NCBI GenBank assembly: GCA_964558875.1
Contig: CAZLGM010000001.1
Span: 5,447-69,446 of the forward strand
Source of the DNA: an uncultured Desulfocapsaceae bacterium
GTDB taxonomy: Bacteria > Desulfobacterota > Desulfobulbia > Desulfobulbales > Desulfocapsaceae
Length of the DNA: 64,000 nucleotides
Reading direction: 5' to 3'
Position 1 is the first letter of the stretch, and every line of letters begins with the position of its first letter. This document shows, piece after piece, positions 38,101 through 45,720 of the stretch. A model generated the notes under the pieces. It had not been told where the DNA came from. It did not search any database and saw nothing but the letters and a program-made list of their open reading frames with translations. The translations under genes were made by a program, and so were the position numbers.

Positions 38101-41100
38101 TAGTCCACCGCCGTAAGAGCCTGCCCTGTTATCTGAAATTGTGGAGTTGTTGATGGTGACTATGGAGTAATCATCACCTTTGGCAAAGCTGTTCAGGAAG
38201 ACACCACCGCCATCGCCTGCGGCCCTGTTTTCAGAGATGGTGGAGTTTTCGATGGTGAGTATGCCGATGCCGTATTCGCTGGAAGAGCTGGCAGCCCTGG
38301 CCCAAACACCGCCGCCATGAGAGTCATCTCCCGCTGTTGAGTTACCGGTAATTATGGAGTTGGAAATCGTCGTGGCTGCGCCGTCGCTGGTTCTAAGATA
38401 CATGCCGCCGCCATGAGAGTCATCTCCCGCTGTTGAATTGCCGGTAATCGTAGAGTTGGCAATGGTGATCTCCAGGATACCGCCGGGGTAGCTCTGGAAA
38501 GCCTTGGAGAAAAGACCACCGCCGTGAGAAGAATTTCCTTCTGTTGAATTGTCCGAAATGGTGGTATGTGAAATTGTGGTTGTACTGTCCCTGCGGGTCC
38601 AGGCAAATAGATCGCCACCGTAACCAGCGTTTTTAGTAGTGGTGTTGCCACTGATTAAGGAATTGGAGATCTCAAGTTCACTGCCTTTCCATGTCCTGGT
38701 GTATAGACCACCACCATGGCCACCCGATCCGGTTGTTTCGTTTCCTGAAACAGTCGAACTGGTAATCTTTGTTGTACTGTATTCGGAAGTAACAATACAT
38801 AGACCTCCACCGTAGGCATTCATTCCTGCTGTGTCATTTGTCGAAAAGGTCGAATTGGAAATTATAGCTTTACTGTTATCGGTCTCAATGAATAGCCCGC
38901 CGCCATGGGCAATGTCTCCCATGGTGTAATTACCGGAGAAGGTGGAGTTGGAAATAAAGGCATAACTGCTGTTGTCTGCAGTGATAAATACGCCGCCGCC
39001 GTAAGAGCTAGTTCCCCTGGTGGAATTACCCGAGATGATGGAGTTGGAAATGTCTATGGTCCCACCCACATCGGTGGAGAGGGCTAAACCGCCGCCAACA
39101 CCAGTAAATGTCGCTGTGCTGTTTTTAGAGATTGTGGAGCCCAGGATTTCAATGGTGCCGTCCTCATTGTCAGAAAAGATGCCGCCACCGGATAGTGCCG
39201 TACTGCCGGTGATTGTACAGTTGACAACCTTAAGTGACTCTGTGGAGAAAATAGCGCCACCGACATCACCTGCTGCATTACCGTTCTGCAGGGTCAGACC
39301 GGAGAGGGTGACCTCGAGGAGAGGGCCAGGACCCGGATCATTGATATTAAAAATCCGAACACCGGTACCGGGATCAGCGCCATCATAGCCGCCGTCAATG
39401 GTGATCCGGCCGTCGCCGTCAATGGATAGGTTTTGATCGATTTTAAACTCGCCGTCAGCATGGATCATACCAATGGTGCCGGATGTCGGCCAAGGCCCAC
39501 CAGACAGATCATTCAATTGATCGGCAAAGGTGATCAATTCGCCTTCTTGAGCCCGGTCTATCGCTTCCCTGAGGGAGTAATCGCCCCAGCTGTAATCGGT
39601 GTCTTTTTCATCTACCAGGGTGTCGACAGCATGGAAATACTCAATTGCCCCCATATCGATGGTTCCCTGCACCCTGGCAAAACCGTCTCCTCGCTGATCG
39701 TTAATCAGGCCCCAGGGATTTGCGCCACCATTAATGGCCGGACTGTCATTGCCAAGGGCATGGGTCAGTGTCGGGCCGCCGTTGTCGGCCAGGGGCCCAA
39801 GCTGCGGATCGTAACCGACAATGTTGCCGCTCACACCGTTGGCAACCGTATGATCGCCACCACCTTGTGTTTCAATCAGCGTATGGAAAACGATGAAGAA
39901 GCCGCCACCAGGTTGACGCAAAAGATCATGACCGATGGAGCCGGTGCCCTGAACACTGTTGTCGCCGATAATGGTGGAACTAATAATCATAAACCCACCG
40001 TGAGTGTCGGCGTAGACACCACCACCATCAGCATTATTTCCAGAAGTGTCGTTCCCTGAGATGGTGGAGTTTTCGATTAGGGTGGTACCGCTGGCATAAG
40101 TCAAGGTGTATATACCGCCGCCGTCAGCATCAACTCCGGAGGTTTTATTTCCGGAGATGGTGCTGTAGGTAATTTCCGTGGTGCCGCCTCCGGTCTTCGG
40201 CCAGGCACCGCCGGCGTCGGCATTATGTGCAGAGGTTTTATTTCCGGAGATGGTGCTGTAGGTAATTTCCGTGGTGCCACTGCCAAAAGTCCAGGCGTAT
40301 AAGCCGCCGCCGGAGTTATTATCTCCGGAGGTAGAGTTTCCTGAGATGGTGCTGTTGGCAATTTTGATGTTACCGGTACCGCTGGTCCGGGCGTGTACGC
40401 CGCCGCCGTCAGCATTATTTCCAGAGGTTTTGTTTCCCGAGATGGTGGAGTAATTAATTTCAGTATCAGCGGTGCCAGAAGTCAAAGCGAATACAGCGCC
40501 ACCGTAACTCCCTGCACTATTGCCGGAAATGGTCGAGTTTGAGATGGTTAAATGATCTGTGCCTTCAATCCTGGAAAAAACAGCGCCGCCCGCCGCTGCT
40601 CCTGAATGCCCATTCTGCAGAGTCAAGCCATTGATCGTGATCGCGCTGTCGTTATCTGCGGAGTCAATATAAAAAATGCGGCTGCCGCTGCCGGGAACAA
40701 ATTCATCATAGCCGCCATCAAGGGTAATATTTCCAGCCCCGTCAATAAATAAGTCATCGGTGATCCCAAACTGACCCATATCCATATCGATGGTGCCACT
40801 ATTGCCGATAAAATTCTTGCCGCCGGGAGCCCCATCGGCAGCATCGTTGAGATCATCGGCAAACCAGATATTGTCAACGCGGGCATCCGAATTGGCAAGA
40901 GTAATGGCTTCGCGAAGAGAAAAATCACCCGGTGTGTAGTCAGTGTCCAGCTCATCTACCAGGCTGTCGACAACCAGGATGGGGGATTGATCCTCATAAG
41001 CGCCCATATCGACACCAGCCACATTTCTGTCATATCCTGCACCCCGTTGGTCGAATTCACCGGCAGGTGAAGGATGGAAACCATTATTCAAAGCAGCAGA

Positions 41101-43314
41101 GCCTATCCCCAGCGCGTGGGTCATGGTGGGTCCGCCATTGTAAGTCAGGGGCTGGAGCTGTGGATCAACACCAACTATATTGCCAAGGCCATCGCCACTG
41201 TCAACGCTGTTTTCGACCGTATGGCCGCCGGGTGCCTCGATCAGAGAGTGGTCGACATTCAGGGTTCCTCCCCATCCGCTTTTAAACAGATCATTATCAT
41301 CCCCGCTTCCCTTGTTGTTGGCAAGGATACTGCTACTTATCGTTGTTGAGCCACCACCATCCGAATATACACGAACACCGCCTCCCAACCCGTCAGCGTT
41401 GTTATCGGAAATAGTGGAGTTATTGATCGAGGTATTACCTGCGAAATCGTTGGTCCGAATGCCGCCGCCATCAGAAGCGCTATTGCCGGAGAATGTGGAG
41501 TTGTTGATTTCGACTGTGGGCGTTTCGGCGTTATTGGTCCAGTTGTGGAAATAAACCCCGCCTCCGGATGAAAATGCCGAATTCGCATAAAAGGTCGAGC
41601 TGCTGATCCTGGTTATGCCGGAATAATTTGTAGTGGCATTGATGCCACCGCCTTTATCAGTAGTTGCAGTGTTTCCGGAAAAGGTTGAGTCAGTGATTTC
41701 GGTGGTGCCGGAGGAAACAGTAGAGGAAACAATACCACCGCCGGCAACAGCAGTATTGTCGGAGAATGTCGAATTGCTGATAAGGGTCGTGCCGCCGGAT
41801 GTATAGGTGTCAAGGGCCCCACCTGTCAAAGTAGCAGTATTGTTTGTGAAAGTTGTATCGTTGATTGTGTTGGTAATACCGGGCATCGCTGATATGGATG
41901 CACCACCACCCCGGTTGGCGGAATTGTTGTCAAATGTTGTATTGTTGATGGTAACTGTTTTCCAGGAACTGGAATAAAGACCACCGCCGGAACCGGAAGT
42001 CGTATTGTTTTGAATGGTTGAGTTGGTAATTGTCAGGTTTTCCTTGCTGAGAATCGCCCCGCCATGAATGCCTATTCCGGGACTGCCATCGGCATTTCCA
42101 TTCTGCAGGGTCAAGCCGGAAAGGCTGACGTTTATATTTGAAGAATTCCAATCATCAATAAAGAAAATCCGGTCGCTACCACCGCCATCCAGAATAATAT
42201 TACCAGCGCCATTGATGGTTAAATCATCCTGGATCCACATCGCTACACCCACATTAATGGTTTCTCCATCGAGGGAACTGTGAAAGGTGATGGAATCTGC
42301 CCCAGGTAGTGCATTGGCATCGAGAATCGCCTGTCTGAGTGATCCTGCACCGCTGTCAGCTTTAGTGGTAACTTCAAAATTGGCTAAAGCCGAAACGGTT
42401 TGGATGGAACCAAGATTCAGACTTTTATGGACCATCCCACTGGCATACTCAAGCTCCCAGTCACCGCCCGTATCGGTCGAGCCTGTATTATCAACCGAAG
42501 CGGCCACATCGGCCTGAGTGAGCCTGGCCAGTTTATCAACAAACGTTTTGCCGGTATCACTCTCGGCAATCTTACAGCCGTAGAGATTGATATCACCATC
42601 TTCAGCAAGGGCTTTGCTCCAGCCCTGAACAAGTTCTTTATTTTTCTCAAGAGAGGTCGAATCCACCACATCGGTTCCAAGGACAAAATGGCCGTCGCCA
42701 CCGTGGGAAAAAACATGAACAGCATCAACCTCTTCACGGTCTTCCAGGGTCTCGCTGATCAGTTCCAGACCGGAGTCGGTTGATTTGACCACAACAACTT
42801 CAACCTCTTCCTCTTCCAACGCCTCGATGATCGCTTCTTTATCGGTCAGCGAGTCGGAGACAAAAGCGATCTGATTTTTCTGTTCCTCTTGTTCACTTTC
42901 GCTGGTCAGTTGTTCATCTTTTGATTGGGAATCTGAGTCTGATGGCTCAGTCTCAGCGGTTGAACTATGTTCGTCAGTAGTCTCACCGGATTCTTCAGAA
43001 TCGCTTTGAGGGTCTTCGTTGGTCGAATCGTTATCTGTATCAGAAGTGCTGCTACCGGTTTCGGCAGATTTGAGTGAGGATGAGTCTTTGGAAGAAGTGT
43101 CTTTTTTGTCTTCATCGGACGTGTCTTCCGATGAGGAGGCGGGTTTGGATTCGCCGGCAGCGTCATGCTGTTCTGTTTCTTTCTGTTTCTCAGGTATCGG
43201 CTCCGACTCAACGGGAGTTTGTTCGGCATCTGGAGTTGTGTCTCCTGATGTGTCGTTGTCGCCGGGACCGGCAGCATCAAACAGGATTCTATCTTCCAAT
43301 GCATAGATAGCCAT
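35131..43314 (-). CDS. giant protein A, N-terminal portion (leader, acidic tract, DUF4347-like domain, about 5 beta-helix modules), ending at an in-frame TAG
   Basis: The second ATG (43314) gives MAIYALEDRILFDAAGPG, identical to protein B, with AGGAGG 6 nt upstream. It has the same domain order as B. It ends ...DVRLSGLRM-TAG where sister modules read L(T/R/I)LQNG. Confidence 0.9.
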   Translation of the reverse strand: MAIYALEDRILFDAAGPGDNDTSGDTTPDAEQTPVESEPIPEKQKETEQHDAAGESKPASSSEDTSDEDKKDTSSKDSSSLKSAETGSSTSDTDNDSTNEDPQSDSEESGETTDEHSSTAETEPSDSDSQSKDEQLTSESEQEEQKNQIAFVSDSLTDKEAIIEALEEEEVEVVVVKSTDSGLELISETLEDREEVDAVHVFSHGGDGHFVLGTDVVDSTSLEKNKELVQGWSKALAEDGDINLYGCKIAESDTGKTFVDKLARLTQADVAASVDNTGSTDTGGDWELEYASGMVHKSLNLGSIQTVSALANFEVTTKADSGAGSLRQAILDANALPGADSITFHSSLDGETINVGVAMWIQDDLTINGAGNIILDGGGSDRIFFIDDWNSSNINVSLSGLTLQNGNADGSPGIGIHGGAILSKENLTITNSTIQNNTTSGSGGGLYSSSWKTVTINNTTFDNNSANRGGGASISAMPGITNTINDTTFTNNTATLTGGALDTYTSGGTTLISNSTFSDNTAVAGGGIVSSTVSSGTTEITDSTFSGNTATTDKGGGINATTNYSGITRISSSTFYANSAFSSGGGVYFHNWTNNAETPTVEINNSTFSGNSASDGGGIRTNDFAGNTSINNSTISDNNADGLGGGVRVYSDGGGSTTISSSILANNKGSGDDNDLFKSGWGGTLNVDHSLIEAPGGHTVENSVDSGDGLGNIVGVDPQLQPLTYNGGPTMTHALGIGSAALNNGFHPSPAGEFDQRGAGYDRNVAGVDMGAYEDQSPILVVDSLVDELDTDYTPGDFSLREAITLANSDARVDNIWFADDLNDAADGAPGGKNFIGNSGTIDMDMGQFGITDDLFIDGAGNITLDGGYDEFVPGSGSRIFYIDSADNDSAITINGLTLQNGHSGAAAGGAVFSRIEGTDHLTISNSTISGNSAGSYGGAVFALTSGTADTEINYSTISGNKTSGNNADGGGVHARTSGTGNIKIANSTISGNSTSGDNNSGGGLYAWTFGSGTTEITYSTISGNKTSAHNADAGGAWPKTGGGTTEITYSTISGNKTSGVDADGGGIYTLTYASGTTLIENSTISGNDTSGNNADGGGVYADTHGGFMIISSTIIGDNSVQGTGSIGHDLLRQPGGGFFIVFHTLIETQGGGDHTVANGVSGNIVGYDPQLGPLADNGGPTLTHALGNDSPAINGGANPWGLINDQRGDGFARVQGTIDMGAIEYFHAVDTLVDEKDTDYSWGDYSLREAIDRAQEGELITFADQLNDLSGGPWPTSGTIGMIHADGEFKIDQNLSIDGDGRITIDGGYDGADPGTGVRIFNINDPGPGPLLEVTLSGLTLQNGNAAGDVGGAIFSTESLKVVNCTITGSTALSGGGIFSDNEDGTIEILGSTISKNSTATFTGVGGGLALSTDVGGTIDISNSIISGNSTRGTSSYGGGVFITADNSSYAFISNSTFSGNYTMGDIAHGGGLFIETDNSKAIISNSTFSTNDTAGMNAYGGGLCIVTSEYSTTKITSSTVSGNETTGSGGHGGGLYTRTWKGSELEISNSLISGNTTTKNAGYGGDLFAWTRRDSTTTISHTTISDNSTEGNSSHGGGLFSKAFQSYPGGILEITIANSTITGNSTAGDDSHGGGMYLRTSDGAATTISNSIITGNSTAGDDSHGGGVWARAASSSSEYGIGILTIENSTISENRAAGDGGGVFLNSFAKGDDYSIVTINNSTISDNRAGSYGGGLFVYNEASEPGLLNQGSIVDINRTTISGNHAGYSGGGIFSRALAGTTTIYQSTLSENTAFAQGGGVFAITAASPTPPGGPPPGTHILSGTTAISNSTISGNRADYFGGGVYLNTSSGSAEIANSTIAENVGGYYGGGLFVTTSGGTTDMISTIIANNRAGILGNDLLEAGGVFNVEYSLIKTMDGHLVDNNQGTGTGGTDQNNIIDEDFMLDSLADNGGPTLTHALLAGSLAYNAGANPNTLQYDQRGPNYQREKDGQADIGAIEYFRTHVVDSLVDELDGDYGVGDYTLREAIFNADYGDKIIFAGNLNNADDGAPGGKNWIGNTGTINMDNALGQFEIDKNLIIDGDGRIGIDARWSSRIFLIDDGNSAPGTPDIDVHLAGMTLQNGVAAGPGGAIYSKESLTISDCTITGNRTTGDQAYGGGVSAYTIYGNITIENSTISNNSTAGYEATGGGLSLGTEYGTITIKNSTISNNSTAGDYGYGGGVFVASYHGTISISDLTVSDNSTGGLYAHGGGLYIESYYGRTTVSNATITGNSTADVYSFGGGLMVYSDVGTVTIDNSTISDNSTTGDYAHGGGLIAFTDDNIVSINNSTISNNSTAGSYAAGGGALVISADGIATISNTTIADNTTTGNYSFGGGLTAVVGSGTLTVENATVSGNSTGGDKASGGGIWMNNYGGVAKVSNATISGNSTAGDSAHGGGLYARTYDDGITSIENSTIAHNSTTGADSDGGGAALDGEGSATSIKSTIIGNNSATGTGNDLADLGAGNPLSVEYSLIQTADGHQVDNDPSTGSGDFDRNNIIGQDPLLDVLADNGGPTLTHALLAGSPASNSGSNPSGLGFDQRGPNYQRTQGVQTDMGAFEGTAWIVDNLVDEAANEGDHGHGDFSLREAIGQAMAGDKIMFADDLNDAPDGAPGGKNFIGDTGTINLTLGELAITGHLIIEGEGRITIDGGYDGVDPGSGSRIFNIDDSDNSFNSDVRLSGLRM

Positions 43315-43704
43315 AACCATCCTCCTGAAAGCAAACCTGGAGTTCTTTATTAGCGGATTTTCAGCCCTACTATTTAAAACGAGGTGTAACTGCTACTCCG
43401 TCCTAATGCCCTGTAATGACAGCCAGACATACCTGCAGTCAATGTACAACAAACCGTCTGTAAATGCGAGGAATACAACGAAAAAACAGTTTCAGATGAT
43501 CCTACTGTAGATCTGATTCCATCATGGAGACAGCAATGATCTGTGTTGCTAGGTGGGCGGCGCGGCAATCCACAGGATCATTGCGCTCGTTTAGCTTCCT
43601 CGCGACGACTTAATACCTTTCTGACATTGCTGGGAGTAACACGACGAAGCAGGTTAACCAACACTCCAATCTCCTTAAATAAATGCTTCGGTGAAAGAAA
43701 ATGG

Positions 43705-43770
43705 AGATCGCCACCGCCGTTATCTCTTCCTCGCGATAACAGAGTTGCTTTTTTGTCATAACGAGAGTCT
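43705..43770 (+). repeat. degenerate copy of the dispersed intergenic repeat family
   Basis: GAGATCGCCACCGCCG...CTTCCTCGCGATAAC...GTCATAACGAGAG resembles the GAGATCGCC(A/G)CGGTCGC...CCCTCGCGA(C/T)GAC...TTGCGAG consensus. A further fragment lies at about 43560-43610. Confidence 0.35.
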
Positions 43771-43852
43771 TCCCCGGCAACACAAACAATTGCTGCTGTT
43801 TTCGGTCTCGCAATGATGAAAGGTACTTATTTACAATAACAACAATCACCCA

Positions 43853-45508
43853 TTACTCATTATCCAGGCGGATGAAAGAGGCTGCTACGCTGGCCTGCCC
43901 CACACTGCTTTCGGTGCCGGGGGCTGAAGGATGATTAAGCTCAACATCTACGGTTTCTGCAGCAGTTTCTGTTGTTTCATCCAGATGAATCCCCAGAAGG
44001 CTGTCGTCCTCTACATCATCTAGATTGTCTTCGGCATCGGATTTGGTAATCGGCTCCGGTTCTGGTGGAGAAACTTGTTGTTCACGTTCAAAATTTCTTT
44101 TGCCTATGGCATTAAGCAGCCGATGGTAAGCAAGATAGTAATTGGCAAGTGAGGTGGTGCGCCCAATAGCCGCATCCGCAGTTTCCATCTTTGCCCTTCG
44201 GCTTTGTAGAGGGTTGATCGAGCCACCGTCTTTTTCATGTTGTTCTGTTGTTGACTGGTACTCTTTCTGGGTTAAGTATATTTGATTGCTGATCTCATAT
44301 CGCCGCTTTACCTCCTGGAGGTTGGCATGAGCGATGCGAACTTCGGCGAGAATACCGATAGAAAGAGCCACGCTCTGCAACTCTGTCTTTTCCTGTTCCA
44401 GTTTGTCGCCCCGATACTCGAAATATCGGCCGGGAATATTCAACAGGTCAAATGCTGCCTTGACACCGACCTGCCACCAGCTCTGGTTGTATAAATATAC
44501 ATTGGATGAGTCCGTGAAGTCGGCAAAGAGCTTGACGTTGGGAAACATCTTAAGAAGCGCCTTTTTGGCTTCCACATGGGCAATATGCCCTTTGACGTCC
44601 AACTCACTCAACTCCGGGCGATATTCAAGGGCCAGTTGCTCCAGCTCTTCAATAGGCGGGACGGTTGTTTCATTGAGTTTATCCAGAAAGCTGGTATCAA
44701 CTTCTATATTGCCGACGGGATAGTAGCCGAGCAGAGCACTGAGGTGGATTTTGGAATTTTCATAATTACGGCGGTAATCTGTTAATTTCCGTTTGAGTTT
44801 GAGAAAAACGATTTTTTCTCTCAACATTTTCAGCGGCGAAAAGAAACCCTTTTCCGAGGCACCCTTTAAGGCCGTTTCGGTCTCCTTGCTGAGATCAATC
44901 ATTGCTTCGGTATCTTTCATGGCATATTGAGCTGCCGCCACTTTCAGATACGCTTTGACCACATCGAGAGTCAGATTCTGAGCGGCTCGATTCTGCTGCA
45001 ACCTGACGATAACACCTTTATCCTTATGTTGTATGGAGCTGTAATAGGAAAGGCCGAAATCGAGAAACGAAAAGAGCAGTTTAAATTGAAACTGGGACTC
45101 GTTAACTTCACTGGAGCGGCTGGGTTCCAGACTTTCTTCCCCTGACTCAATGGATATGGAAGTTGAGCCGGGATCATTATCTCTGGTAGAATAGCCGCCG
45201 CTCAGATCCATGGACGGCAGCATGCCCAGCATGGCGGCTGTTGCCTGTTCTTCGGCAATGGCTTTCTGCAGATCTTTGACCCGGATATCGAGATTATTTT
45301 CCAGGGCAAGCTCAATAGCTTTCAGCAGGGTCAGAGGAGGTGTGCCGGTATAGACCTGCTTCTTGATGGTCTCATAATGATCCTTGGCATTGTCGATCCT
45401 GAGCTGCCTGTAATCCGGCTGACTGGCGCAGGACGAGATCAGGATAAAGATAAATAAAGCCGTTCCGCACTTCATAACAGAAGTTTTCCAAAGGGATCGA
45501 TATGCCAT
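43853..45508 (-). CDS. TolC-family outer-membrane channel (OEP) lipoprotein with an acidic C-terminal extension of about 70 aa
   Basis: The lipobox is FILISSCAS. Two OEP repeats carry typical heptad helices (LTLLKAIELALENNLDIRV..., LEQLALEYRPELSELDV...). The tail is rich in D/E/T (PEPEPITKSDAEDNLDDVEDD...). Confidence 0.85.
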   Translation of the reverse strand: MAYRSLWKTSVMKCGTALFIFILISSCASQPDYRQLRIDNAKDHYETIKKQVYTGTPPLTLLKAIELALENNLDIRVKDLQKAIAEEQATAAMLGMLPSMDLSGGYSTRDNDPGSTSISIESGEESLEPSRSSEVNESQFQFKLLFSFLDFGLSYYSSIQHKDKGVIVRLQQNRAAQNLTLDVVKAYLKVAAAQYAMKDTEAMIDLSKETETALKGASEKGFFSPLKMLREKIVFLKLKRKLTDYRRNYENSKIHLSALLGYYPVGNIEVDTSFLDKLNETTVPPIEELEQLALEYRPELSELDVKGHIAHVEAKKALLKMFPNVKLFADFTDSSNVYLYNQSWWQVGVKAAFDLLNIPGRYFEYRGDKLEQEKTELQSVALSIGILAEVRIAHANLQEVKRRYEISNQIYLTQKEYQSTTEQHEKDGGSINPLQSRRAKMETADAAIGRTTSLANYYLAYHRLLNAIGKRNFEREQQVSPPEPEPITKSDAEDNLDDVEDDSLLGIHLDETTETAAETVDVELNHPSAPGTESSVGQASVAASFIRLDNE

Positions 45509-45720
45509 ACTGCAACCTCCTGTAATTGTCAGGATACGTGGTGAAAAGAAATTTGTTTCAACCTAATGGAGTTCCAGATTGAAGTCAACTTTTATAGGGG
45601 ATGTGCTTGTCTTTACGGTTGCTTTTTCACCGGCAAGCACAATAACCATATCGTGGTCATAATGCCTGGATGGGAACATGTCGGTTTAGCTCCTTGTTAA
45701 ACTGAAACAAAGTACCATCA

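Noticed and set aside
15634-43314. Periodic DNA repeats that could be mistaken for a CRISPR array or satellite
   Set aside because: The repeat units are hundreds of bp long, are diverged, and lie in frame inside protein-coding modules. There is no pattern of short direct repeats with unique spacers, and no cas genes are present.
15634-43314. Classifying the giants as RTX/type I secretion substrates
   Set aside because: I found no GGxGxD nonapeptide arrays. No ABC transporter gene is in the window. The C-terminal domain does not resemble known T1SS signals. I kept this only as a comparison in the locus hypothesis.
16038-43334. Dozens of 60-200-aa ORFs on the plus strand and in alternate minus-strand frames across the giant genes (for example 17268-17672, 23673-24239, 36964-37572, 39433-40059, 42906-43334)
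   Set aside because: They are shadow ORFs of the long repetitive Gly/Ser/Thr/Asn-rich coding frame. Their products are low-complexity (Pro/Ala/Ser/Val-rich), lack RBSs, and lie wholly inside a much longer ORF with clear domain motifs.
43374-43849. ORFs 43374-43568, 43543-43761 and 43610-43849 in the 530-bp gap between TolC and giant A
   Set aside because: They overlap degenerate copies of the dispersed repeat, lack an RBS and show no motif. They are probably non-coding promoter or leader sequence for giant A.
45630-45650. A sigma-54-like element on the minus strand (TGGTTATTGTGCTTGC) upstream of the TolC gene
   Set aside because: The GG-to-GC spacing is off by one from the invariant -24/-12 geometry.
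45563-45679. A 38-aa minus-strand ORF (MFPSRHYDHDMVIVLAGEKATVKTSTSPIKVDFNLELH) with AAGGAG 10 nt upstream, between the TIGR03032 and TolC genes
   Set aside because: It is too short, and I recognised no motif. The RBS spacing is long. It could be real (a small operon-internal peptide), but the sequence alone does not support calling it.
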